In this document: piece after piece, positions 1 through 11,802 of the stretch | Layout of the letters: each line of letters opens with the position of its first letter | Numbering within the stretch: the first letter of the stretch is position 1 | Origin: Marsupella aquatica | Lineage: Eukaryota; Plantae; Marchantiophyta | Length of the DNA stretch: 64,000 nucleotides | Direction of reading: 5' to 3' | NCBI GenBank assembly: GCA_973895155.1 | Contig: OZ316896.1 | Span: forward strand, 14,728,684-14,792,683 | Position numbers and translations under genes: made by a program | The notes under the pieces: generated by a model | Seen by the model: the letters and a program-made list of their open reading frames with translations, nothing else | What the model was told of the DNA's origin: nothing | Database searches by the model: none

Positions 1-1120
1 AATGTGTGAGGTTCTGAGGATGCAGTGGATTTTGACATAGAACAAAAGAATGAAGTGGAGCTTAGGGCCCAAGATGAGCTTGAATTGATAGTTGGGCCAT
101 TTTGATTTGGGCTTGTGTTTTTTCTCAAATTGTTTCATTTGGGACGATGATTGTTCTTTCAATACATTAGCGGTCCTTCAGGAACATGGAGGTTTGTGAC
201 AGAGACAACATTGGTTTGATTAGATCGCAGGGAGTCAGATCAATCTGTCTGTTTCATCCGTTTCTTTTTTGCATGCGTTCGTTGTTTCTTATGCTACTGA
301 CAAAAGTGTGTTGTGCATGTGATTGTCATGTATGAAAGCAATGGATGTGAGATAGAGTGAAGAAAGGACCACCAGGTTCTGTCATGCAAAGGGACTGTAC
401 GTGAGATCAGAAGATCATATTCTGGTATGTACATCTTTTTTATAGAGGCAAATTGTATTCATGTGAGATTTACTCATTGTTTCAGTATGGATAACTTTAA
501 TGAAATAATGCGTGAGGTTTGGGAGTCTGAGGATGCAGTGGCTTTTGACGTAGAACAAAAAAACTAAGTGGAGCTTAGGGCCCAAGATGAGCTTGAATTG
601 ATAGCTGGGCCATTTTGATTTGGGCTTGTGTTTTTTCTCAAATTGTTTCATTTCGGACGATGATTGTTCTTTCAATACATTAGCGGTCCTTCAGGAACAT
701 GGAGGTTTGTGACAGAGACAACATTGGTTTGATTAGATCGCAGGGAGTCAGCTCAATCTGTCTGTTTTGTCCATTTTTTTTGCATGCGTTCGTTGTTTCT
801 TATACTACTGACATAAGTGTGTTGTGCATGTGATTGAAGGTATGAAAGCAATGGATGTGAGATAGAGTGAAGAAAAAAGGACCACCAGGTTTTGGTCATG
901 CAAAGGGACTGTACGTGAGATCAGATGATCATATTTTGGTATGTACATCTTTCATATAGAGGCAAATTATATTCATTTGAGATTTGTTGTCATTTCAGTA
1001 TGGATAACTTTGATGAAATAATGCATGAGGTTCGGGAGTCTCAGGATGCAATGGCTTTTGACATAGAGCAAAAGAACTAAGTGGAGCTTAGGGCCCAGGA
1101 TGAGCTTGAACTGATAGCTG
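1..1120. repeat. 513-bp tandem repeat, at least 2.2 copies, running off the left edge
   Basis: GAGCTTAGGGCCCA(A/G)GATGAGCTTGAA starts at 58, 571 and 1084, a period of 513; the intervening sequence is near-identical between copies. Confidence 0.9.
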
Positions 1121-2100
1121 AAGATTGGTCTAGTTTTTTTAAGTAGAATAAATTACACTTTGCTAAAGGACATGTCACTCTCTATCACACCAGAGGCATT
1201 GGGCACAAGCTAAAGATGCATGCACATTATCTAGTAATGCAACCAATCTGTAGTTGACAGCAATTGTTTGGAGGTGGGTTTTGTATCATAAAAGCTCAAG
1301 TACTAACAGTGAAGTGGTTTTTGGTAGTAGACTGGAGAGAGGCATCCGGATGTGTGCATGATTGTGTGAAAGAACATAAAGACAAGAGGTCTTGTCTTGA
1401 TGTAAGTAAATATGTCCCTGGTGTGCCTTTGTTGGACAATATTGCTACATTTTCTCTGTCAATTCCTTGGGCCATAGTTCCTGTATGGTTTCAAAAGGAG
1501 TGTTCACATATTAGTGTTTTTTATCCAGCCAATGGAGATTATGTAGTGAGGGGTTGCGACTTCATTTTCTTTTAATCATTGCCTTTGCTTGGTTGTCTTG
1601 ACCAGGATATCCCATTTGGCCCATTCCAATTTCTTAGATATTGGATAACCAAAAGAAAGTGATACGTTGTGTTATGTGATAGCGATGGAGACTTGTTCCG
1701 AGTGTTACAAAGTGACTTGCTTTTTTATGTTATGTTTGAAATATATAGTTGAGTTTGCAGTTGCCAAAAAAAAGGCATAAATTGTCAGCAGTGTAAGTTT
1801 GTCTTTTCTGAAGCTTGTCAATCCCTATTTTGTGAGGCATCTTGTTGTTTGATGAGGGACAATCCATTTTTCCTGAGCAGCAAGTGCCTGCAGCACCTGA
1901 GGGTGTAGAAGCTCCATTTTCTCAAGAGCAAGCGTCTGTCATTTCTGAAGAGTCAGTACTTTCAGGAGAGCGTGAGTCAAGCAAAGAGACTGACACATGA
2001 TGACTTCTTTGAAGAATTTAGCTTGTCTACGTCCAAGGAAGTTCTTGATACTGGTCCAATTACTTTAGAGACTTCTTTGAAGAAAAGAGCTCGTCTGCAG

Positions 2101-3135
2101 ATGTCTAAGGAAGTAGTTGATACTGGTCAAGTTCTAGAGTTGTCAATAACAGTAGGCTACCTTGGAGCAGATGTGAAGCCTATAGAGTTGGACAAAAATA
2201 ATGCACCAACTCACGAGAGATGTTTGTAATTATGGCCTTGTTGCTAACTATTGAAAGAGGGGAAGCTGAAAACCACCTCCATTTCCAGATGGCCGTTAGA
2301 GCAAGGACAAATTCAACAAGATTTTTGGCAGTATAGTCAGAAAATACACGAGATAGACACAAAAAGATATGTGTTCAGTTGGCAAAGTTACATGCAAGGT
2401 GCTTTCCCAGAGACAATTACATACCTACAAAGGTATGATCAGATATTGCTTGAAAGATAGTGGGATGGAGTATTTCACTTGCGCTGCCTTCAACGTGTCA
2501 ACAAATGACATCATCGCAAGGACTTTACATGCAAGGTATGGGAGAGCAGATTGCAAGGCTTGTGTTATATTAACAAATAAAAACATGACAAAAAGGATGT
2601 ATGCTTGGTTTAAATTCAAATCCAGAAAAAACAATGTGCAACATTTCTGGATACATTAACCAACATGATTCAGTCTGGAGTGATCATCCCCGTAGTGTCC
2701 TGGATTATACCCTTGAATGGATAGGGTCTGGATAATAGACAAATGAGTGCCTTGTGGAAGTGCATGATTAGTCCTTTAGATGTTACGCATGACGAGGTGC
2801 GCAACATTTTTGTTCAAAAATGGAATTATGTCAAGGTTGCTACTGGGATGAGGAGCCTCCATGAAGGCCTGCAAAGGACAGTCATTTGCAAGTCAGTCTG
2901 GAGTGATCATCCTGCAGCGTCCTGGATTTTACCCTTGAATGGACAGGATCTGGATAATAGACAAATGAGTGCCTTGTGGAAGTGCATGATCAGTCCTTTA
3001 GATGTTATGCATGAAGAGGTGTGCAACATTTTTGTTCAAAAATGGAATTATTTCAAGGCTGCTACTGGGATGAGGAGCCTCCACCAAGGCCTGCAGAGGA
3101 CAGTCATTTGCAAGTTGCACTTGCAGGAAGGCTAG
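2101..3135 (+). mobile_element. Decayed HUH-endonuclease transposase, Replitron-like (frameshifts and stops)
   Basis: Stitched frames give LELSITVGYLGADV (motif 1), IERGEAENHLHFQM (HUH motif, HLH at 2274-2282), GMIRYCLKD (catalytic Tyr at 2444, YxxK) and a C-terminal SWIIPLNG..LDNRQMSALWKCMISP. No helicase follows, which argues against a Helitron. Confidence 0.8.
2670..3115 (+). repeat. Tandem duplication (~222 bp) of the transposase 3' end
   Basis: MSALWKCMISPLDV is encoded at both 2743 and 2965. Confidence 0.9.
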
Positions 3136-3529
3136 ACCTAGACAACTTACCACAATATATCCCGCTTGTGGATAGACAGCCAATAGTGCAGATAGATTAA
3201 ATTGAGACTAATGATCCTCTTGTTTTCCCTACAAAGAACAACCATTCAACAAAGAACCAGACAGAGAATGGCCACAATGTCCATTTTGCACAAGAGTTGA
3301 TGCGGCATGGAGTGAGAGAAACAGTCAACATAAACGAGAATGGGCGGGTCACCATTGGCCAGAGGAGAATATGGAGCAGAATATGGATGAAGACGAGAAA
3401 CCTAGTATTTAGTTGTTAAATTAGCCTCTCTGGACAACTGTATTGTTTAATTGGTTTTGGCCAGCTATATTCTATCCAGTGTTTAGAGGGTTTATTAGCA
3501 CCAAGCGACTTATATTGCATTTTGCTTCA

Positions 3530-3622
3530 GCATATAGGACATAGCCTACTGTAAGTGTAGCAGTAGTCATTTTGGGGGCATATAGGACATAGCCTACTCT
3601 AAGTGTAGCAGTAGTCATTTTG
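3530..3622. repeat. 48-bp tandem duplication
   Basis: CATATAGGACATAGCCTACT.TAAGTGTAGCAGTAGTCATTTTG at 3531 and 3579. Confidence 0.85.
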
Positions 3623-4540
3623 AGGTCTCCGCTGTAATGCAGGCCTGATGTACGGGTAAAACCATCGTTGTTCCTCCTGTACATATTTTACCTTTTGCAA
3701 TGTACACATTCTGAAATAAAAGAAGTTATAAAGACAGTTTAAACCTGAGAAAAGAACGCATCCTGAACTTTTAGTCAAATGCGATGTATTGTTTAAATTA
3801 GCCCTGCCTTGGACAGGGTCAGCTACCTTGGTACCCATTGTAGTCCCTGAAGTCAAATTTGGCATTCTGTTATTATGTTGAATTAGCCCTGTCTTCTATG
3901 CAAACAAAGTGAAAGAATCTTTCACATACTTGTTTTTGGGAGAAAATAATTTTTGGAAAAGGATGGACACGTGTTGCCAATTCACTGTACAGAAAAGTAG
4001 GTGCATTTAGTTGCTGAAGGCTGCAAATGAAAGATGAAAAATAATTGCCACAGTGCAAAAACAAATCATAGAACGCAAAGCTCAATCGCCTCGGTATAGG
4101 ACTCCAAATAAAAAGAAAATACCTCCAAAACATACAGGAAAGTATATTAAAAGAATAATTAAATAACTATAATACTATTTTGTCTTATTACCAAAACTAA
4201 CTACTACCATATAGTATAGAAGTTTCATGATAATAGTAACAACAACAGCACTATTCAATAGTAACCTTGTATTTTATACAAACCAGATGATATACAGCAA
4301 TAAAAATAAATGAAATATAGTCAAGGCTAAATATGATGCTCCCATGGACGGTAGACAAAAACTATACAATTAGGATGGACTAATTGAGAATATTTACTGT
4401 CATGTTGTGAGTACAATGAGGTCCATCTAAGTTGCAACCGCAATGAGATCCATCTAAGTTGCAAAAATACATTGAAGCATTTTGACAAACCTAGAGGTCT
4501 ACTCGAGCTTCATTTTGGCGCGTGCGTGGAAGCAAGCTAA

Positions 4541-4625
4541 AGCACCAAAAAGCTAAGAATCACCCGTACACCCATACTAGCACCAAAAAGCTAAGAATCG
4601 CCCAAACTAGCACCAAAAAGCTAAC
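4541..4625. repeat. Three copies of AGCACCAAAAAGCTAA, possible TE subterminal repeats
   Basis: Direct repeats at about 4541, 4579 and 4609, bracketed by inverted TAGAGGTC (4492) and GACCTCTA (4646). Confidence 0.7.
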
Positions 4626-6086
4626 AGTCACGTACAGGTATACGACCTCTAACCAGAGTGCGGATGGAAATCGCGGCCCGAAGAATTCCGAAAGGGGGAG
4701 CAAAGGACGGCCTACAAAAGCGGGTGGCGCGGGGTCACGATCGTGGCGCCGGTGGCGCGGGCCGCGGGGCCGCGGGGTCACGGACGTGGATGGCGCGGCA
4801 AGGCAAGGCGCGGCGCGGCGGCGGGGCGCGGGGCGGGGCGGGGCGGGGCGGAGCGTGAGAGAGGAGGGGAGCAGAGGGGAGGGGAGAAGAGGGGAGGGGA
4901 ACAGGGTATTTGAGTCGGGTGTTTTTCCTCAGTTGGGCAGAAAAGTGGATAACATCATATTGCCCGAAAAGAAGGGCTATTAGTCGACGGTAGGTGTTCT
5001 GATTCGGTCATTCAGTCGCGGTGCCAATGTCAAATTTCCGAATTGGCAGGAGCAGTGGTAGCATGGAGGTGTTGTGCATCAGCGGCAAAGGAAACGTCAG
5101 GAAGAGCAAGGGGCTGGGCGTGCCGTGGTCAATAGGTGAAGGAGTAAGATCGGCAATTGGTGCCATTTGGCTGACGTCCACTCGCACATGGTGCTGGCCC
5201 GATTGGATACACAGCTCGAAATTTGGGTTGCGGTCCACGGCATCATGCCCGCGGGGGCCAGTCTCGTCTATGGCACGTAAGGATTGCCCATTCTCTAGGT
5301 CTATCTCTTTCTCTCACGGGCTGGGCTTACGAGTGAAGTTTCATTGTGTTCTGTCGTCACGGAGATGCTTGTCGTGTGAAGAGTGCCTTCCGAATGTGAA
5401 CAGGAGTAGAGGAGTGCTTGAGTTACATCGTTAGATCGCAAATTCTCCGAAGCCGACTATTTCGTCACTAGCTTTGAGTCCATCCGTATCAGGATTTTGA
5501 CCCGACCGCACCAGAGATTGCCGCGCTACGATATTATGAAGGAATGTCGCGATCCTTTCTTGCCGTGCTAACGGTTTGCTCGCCAATTCGTTTATGTCGA
5601 GAGGATTCAGACGTGATATTCGAATCCGAGGAAGCGATTCATTCTTTACTTGCAGCACGAGATCTTATACCATCGTTACAAGAAACGGGGACTCCTCGGT
5701 TTTGAGCTAACGGCTGTGTTAGAGAGACTTAATTCCCTTCGTTCCTGCCGTCTTCAGTTTGGGCCCTTCTCCGTTCAGGAGGGAGGCTTCTGTTTACAGC
5801 TTGTCCGTATCTTCGGGTCTATAGTTTAATTAAGCCTAACCATGTTGCTGCAAAATTTCGAAATCCGCAATTGAACGCAATTTCTTCGCAATTCGGAGGG
5901 GGGGAGGGTGTTGCAAACTTCGAAGGGGGTTATTTCAATTCTATCATGACTGAAGTTGCTCCACTCTCAGCCGTTAAGCATTGTTGCATTCCTCTTCTGC
6001 TTCTCGCAGACATTTGTGTCAGAATCTGATTAAAGTTACAGTGTGCAGGTGCCGGTGGGGAAGGAAACGTAAATGTCTTGGCCCTT

Positions 6087-9000
6087 ATGGATCGGAGGAT
6101 TGAAATCAGGCTGCAGCCTGCTTCTTGGACAAAAGAGCCAGTTGAAACCGGAAACTTCCCTCCTGAACACCTCTTAGTGCTCGTACATGGCATCCTTGCC
6201 AGGTGAGTGCTTCAAATGACATCGACGATGTTGATTAGTGTGTTTAGGTCACTAATGCAAGCAAATAGTGGGATCAAACGATTTCCCGCATTGGCTTTAT
6301 TGCTCGTCTGTCTGCCCACCTCTGTTTGTGCTCTGGTGTTTCTGGAGGGTATTGTGCCATGGAACGCTGCATGAAAACTATGGCCCAACTATTTCGTTTC
6401 CAATTATGTCCGAGCTCAACTTCTTGCGTAATTATAAGAAAATTTCTCTTTGTGGATAATGTATAGTCCAACTGATTGGAAGTATGCCGAGGGTGAGTTG
6501 AGGGCGCAGTTGGGCGACAGATATCTTATATATGGTAATGTAATTTGAACCCAAGAGTTCATTTGTGTTTGCTTCAATACCAGCTATTTGAGTTCGACAA
6601 TATTGTCATTTAGTGTTCCGAGAACCGTCAAGAACAAGAGGACGTGTCGGAGGCTCTTTTTTTTTTCTATCACGCTTTGGCTTTCTGAGAGACGTTTACA
6701 TCGGCCCACAGACCTCCAAAGCAAGTACAAAAGCTGGTGACCAACCCTAACTTCCTCTTTGTAACGGTACAGCTAGTGCTGTGAATTCTTATCTCGGCAC
6801 TTTGAATGGGATCGATTCAGCAGGACAACGACTTGCAGAAGAGGTAGATATTTAAATCGTTTCCATGGGTCATCTCTATTTTATTTGCGTTCGTGTGAAT
6901 GTTTGTATATGAGGAGCAATTGTCGGATTGTTGTGCCTTATATCAGGTAGGAAATCACGAAATGTTTGTCTCTTCATTCAACAGAAAAACACGTTGTCAA
7001 GGAAATTTTGAAAACTCACTGTAAAACTTGACTGCTTTCTACGAATCGTCCTTGGTTTGGATATTCCCCGTTTTAAACCTCATTGATCTAGAAGTAGTTC
7101 ATGGCCGTCGATTATGACAAATTAAATTAAACAGTTAAGTGCAAGAAGTGCTCATCACCCGAATTGACGCCTTTTACAGATTGGATTCATTGTAAAACGT
7201 ACTCCAAGTCTCAGAAGAATTTCGTTTCTTGGACATTCTCTCGGAGGTCTGTTTGCTCGATATGCAATTGCAATGCTGTACGAACGTCCGGCAGTCTCAC
7301 TGACCCAGACAGGGAACCAGCCCCCTGATGAGATATTGAAGTGCCGAGGAGAGAGAGAATCTGAAAATGGAAGTCAAAAGCCAACGATCGCAGGGCTGGA
7401 GCCTGTCAACTTCATAACTCTCGCATCTCCTCATCTCGGGGTCAGGGGAAGGCAGCAAGTAAGGTTTCTCTCCGCGTCCTCCCCAGGTGTCAGTATTCAA
7501 GAGATCATGTGAAATTTTGTGGTGGTTTTTCTTACTTTAAATGTTTTATCCTGCAAGTGGGATTCATTCTTATTTACCTGACTTTCTTCTATTTCCTGAT
7601 CTTCACGACCCTTTTCCTGCAAACCAGCTACCTTTTCTACTGGGACTTCCGGTCTTGGAAAAACTAGCAGCACCACTTGCTCCTTTCTTTGTCGGGAGTA
7701 CTGGACGTCAGCTCTTTTTGACAGATGGAAAGCCCAGTGATCCACCTCTGTTGTTAAGGATGGCCACCAACTGTGATGAAGGCCAGTTCATGTAAGTTAT
7801 CTATTATCAAAAGGCCATTGATTCATTTCGTTCCTCAATGGTCTGAAGGTTTGGTTGGCAGGCTCAGTTGACATGCTGGCTTTTTGTGGTTTTGTAGATC
7901 TGCCCTCGGAGCTTTCAAAGTGCGGACATTATATGCAAACGTGAGCTATGACCGTATCCTCTATAACAGAGCTACCTTTCTCAGAATGATGTCTATGTGG
8001 AATGGTATATGATACTTTTGAGCTGCTTGATCTTAAAAAGATCAAAAAAAGATCAAAAAAGATCAGGCATCTCAAACGAATCATATATCATTTTATATCA
8101 CGACCTCTGGTATCATAACGAACCTGTTCGATAGAGAGATATCCTTTGCAGGACAGTCGTTTCCTTGAGTCAAATCCTTTCTAGATATGGTGGGTTGGCG
8201 CACAGCTTCAATACGACGTGAGGTTGAGCTCACAAAGGTGCCTTACTGAAAAACTTTTATGGAGAGATTGTCACTCATAGCAGTAACAATTTTGAGTGTC
8301 TTTTAAAGGTGTTCTGATGAATTTAATTGGTGTCAATGGCAGCCTCGGACGTCAATCACTGCCATGTCCTTTGTATGTATTCTGATGAATTGGAATGGTG
8401 TTAATGGCAGCCTCGACGTCAATCACTACCAGGATATAAGCATGTCGTGAATGTGATTGATTGTCCACCAGTAGAGAGCTCTGGTCCACATTTTAAAGAA
8501 GGCACAGCAAAAGCAAAGGAAGCTATTCAAAGATCACCGGCCAGTAACAAGAAAGCAGCAGCTTATCATGATATGTTAGAAGGTTTGCTCCTATATTTGC
8601 AGTACTTGTGGTCCGTGACACCGATTAATCTGCACTGAACAGTTGTTCTGTGGTGCTGCCTGAACTAGGACATGGAGAATAGATATAGTTTGATCTAGAT
8701 GCATTTCATGTGTTCACGTTAATTTCTGATGTATTTTAGTTCAATACCGAGAAGGGTGTTTTTTAACAGCCTTAGTGGCTCTGTGGAGCAGAAGAGATAA
8801 TCAGGGGGCTTCAACAAGTACAATGGCGGAAAGTTGACGTTAGTTTTCACGCAGCTCTGTGGCCATTTCTTGCACACAATCACATACATGTGAGTTCGCC
8901 ATTTGACTACATGGTTTACACCCCGGTAGAGGTCTAACAGATCTTATTATAATTGGAGTTGGATAAGATACTTCCAATCACACACTCATTCATCTAGATG

Positions 9001-9116
9001 ATGGAATGCAGGTGAAGCAAGAATGGCTACACCATGAAGGAGCTGGTGTGGTGCGACATGTGACAGACACTCTCAAAGAAGCAGATCATAAATTGCAACT
9101 AAAGTCCAAGCTGTAA
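6087..9116 (+). CDS. DUF676 family putative serine esterase/lipase (alpha/beta hydrolase), 10 coding exons; start codon uncertain
   Basis: Exons approx. 6087-6202, 6467-6534, 6773-6843, 7180-7458, 7628-7791, 7898-7953, 8185-8237, 8411-8582, 8792-8889, 9012-9116 with GT-AG ends. Translation includes PEHLLVLVHGILAS, ISFLGHSLGGL (GxSxG nucleophile), FITLASPHLG, YANVSYDHMVGWRTASIR and WRKVDVSFH..AHNHIHVK. Confidence 0.9.
7954..8184 (+). other. U12-type (minor spliceosome) GT-AG intron in the DUF676 gene
   Basis: 5' site GTATCCTCT; branch-like TTCCTTGAG at 8161, about 15 nt before the acceptor AG at 8183-8184. Confidence 0.75.
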
Positions 9117-9679
9117 TTTTTCACAGTTGTACATAATATTGGAGCCCTATCAGGGAACAGATAATAGTGCAAGGTAATCTGTAATACTAGGTCAATACTA
9201 GGTCTCATACAAAATTTTGAAACCCCATGAAGAACAACTGCACCAACCTTCAAAGCTTGTGAAATGTGACATTTTCGTACACATTAAGTCAATACGAAGT
9301 AGAATTCTTGTACAGTTCCTTATAGGTAGGTTGGAAACAAAGCTTTCCCACCTGGGGTTATATTTTCTAAACTGATCTGTTGAATCTCATACTTGTCCAA
9401 AATCCCATACGTAATGGTGATGATAGTTTTTGTTGAAAGCTTAGGATAGGCAGAGTTTGACATTTACCAGAGATTACGGAGCAGAGCAGTTTTACTTAGT
9501 CTGTACAGTCGAGACAATTTAAAACATTCATCAAAGTCAAGTTCTCACAAGATCCATCAAGAATAAGCAAGTGTACATCATACAAACTCTTGTAAGAGTG
9601 ACAGTTAAAGCACCCTGTGACAATAAATACTAAAGACCATGATGGATGATGGGGATAGGTCTTCAGTAAGCCTTCAAAA

Positions 9680-11802
9680 CTAGGCACTTTTCGCTTTCCT
9701 CCGCCTCTTTGTTGCTGAATTTTTTAGAGCCAAAAAGAAAAGGAGGGCCCCAAACAATGATAGGTTCTGCATAAAACCCAGAAAACTGTCAAACCGTTGC
9801 ATAATACTAGTACACTGGAACGCTATTCAATGGGGGATAAATAAATGTCAGCAAAAGTTCAACGCACCTTCAGAAATTGCGTAAACTGATTGACATAATC
9901 TGGGCCGCCAAAATCGTAGTTATAGAAATCATGCATTATAGGTGTCACTGCGGCGAGGAAGATGAGCTGCACACGAATAGTAGTCAGAAAATGTTGACAT
10001 GTAACTAAAACCAAGAGTCTAAATTTTAAAGTTGAGACAATTTGACATCAGAGATTCCAACATGATTTCCTCAAGAAGACCCGGTAACAGTAAGAAAACT
10101 ATGCGACCAAGCATCACGTATAAAAACTCCTATATTCTAAATGGACGAAATGAAATGTAGTACACAGACCAGTAGAAAGGCGCCCAAGGTGCTGCCGAAC
10201 ATGAAGAGAATCCCTCCAAGTCCCTCTAGTCCTATCGCGGCAATCAAGAGATGCTTATTCTGCAGAAGGGCCATATATTAGGACATGACTGTCAAGAATG
10301 GCAACTGCAAGGGCACTAGTGGACCATATTAGACTCAATGCTACCTCCAGACTACACAGGAAGACGGAGCAATGACCTCTTTTAAAAAATCAAGTTGCAT
10401 AAATCCTGGATTCTTGGCCAGGATAGTGTACATGGATGTGAGTTTGAAAATTAGATTAAGTAGCACATTTATTCATTTGGAAGCCAGGTACTGAACATGA
10501 TCATTTCAATTTAGCTGGGTGGGTTCCTGAAAGAGAACTCGCCGGAAAACGCTGCTAACTTTTAGCTTCGTTCAGTGCTCGTCGCGTTCAATTACACTAT
10601 TGCGGTCCTCATCATCATTGTTGCACAATTCTGAAGGGTGGGATCGAGAGGCTTCAAAATATATTACCTCAAAATGGGGCAGGGTGAATCCGAATTGATT
10701 GTAAACATGGTAATGGAATAATGCGAACTTTGGTTTCAGGACCTTTAAAGCTCCACCTCCATCGTCACCAAAGTCGTTTATCCTATCACAGATTAGCTCA
10801 TGTCAGATGCAACGTCCAGTCCACCAAATTTGGTCTATACCTACGAAGTGACTTTTCTATCCTTCGGCCAAAGCTTGGTTGTATGTACGTCACTCCGAAG
10901 TGGAAAGAAACGCGCGACATACGATAGGTCTGGGTTCGGAAGGAAGACGTGACTACAAATTCTTCTACTTGGCACTCAATAAGGTAGCTGCTTGCTACAA
11001 GAGGCTCACTTGAGAAGAGTCAAGAATGACGATCAAGAGAACCGTGGAACCAAGTAATGCCAGCTGACCCCACCGATAATCCACTCTACATGAAAAGTAA
11101 GTGACAATAATCACGACGGCAAAAGAGTGTATGGGGGAAGGAGAGGCCCCTCAGCTACACGGGAACACAATAAAGTTGACAACCGACACTTCCCGGACAA
11201 TAACGAAATCATTGTAAACAAGCACAATTTTAAGTGCAAGTAATAATTGTGCAGTTCCACTCAACGTCAATTTGCATCAACACACATCGGCAAGGTCTTC
11301 CAGACAGAAAAAAAATAGAGAACAGAAGAGAATATACAGTGCACCAGAGGGAAGCAGCGGCTACAGAAACCGGACGCAAGCCAGGCTCAACGGAAGACCA
11401 TCGCTGAGCAATTAGGCATTCCAAACTTTCCAGAAACGGTGAAAAAGAACTCTGAGCTCCCAAAACAACGAAAAACAGGAGGCCTGCGTAGCATGGTCCA
11501 GCGAAGGGCAGCAACCAGCCATGCCGGAACAACAATTTTCAGCGTTCGGAAATCATCAAACCACGACATCTGTGTCAACGAACCCGCTGAAAAATTTCGC
11601 AGATCAATAAAAAACAACAAGTCAAGTCCGCGTAGCATTGCACTACGTAGCGCAGCAATCAGGCATACGGTCCCATGCCATTCCACGCAATGCAACGCCA
11701 TGCCAGCAATCCAGCGCAGGAAGAGAGGTCTCACTTCTGCCACGCCGCCAAGACGAAGATGGCCGAGAAGAGCACGCGGCCCGTAAACAGCAGGAGCCCC
11801 AT
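9680..11802 (-). CDS. HR-like lesion-inducing family (DoxX-like) small membrane protein, 5 exons, 152 aa
   Basis: Exons 11802-11735, 10782-10668, 10259-10170, 9966-9868, 9766-9680, all GT-AG and in phase: MGLLLFTGRVLFSAIFVLAAWQKINDFGDDGG...LEGLGGILFMFGSTLGAFLL...TPIMHDFYNYD...QFLKNLSLFGALLFF...stop. Confidence 0.9.

Noticed and set aside
4522-5434. ORFs of 153 and 137 aa
   Set aside because: Low-complexity Arg/Gly products of GC-rich promoter or UTR sequence with no recognisable domain.
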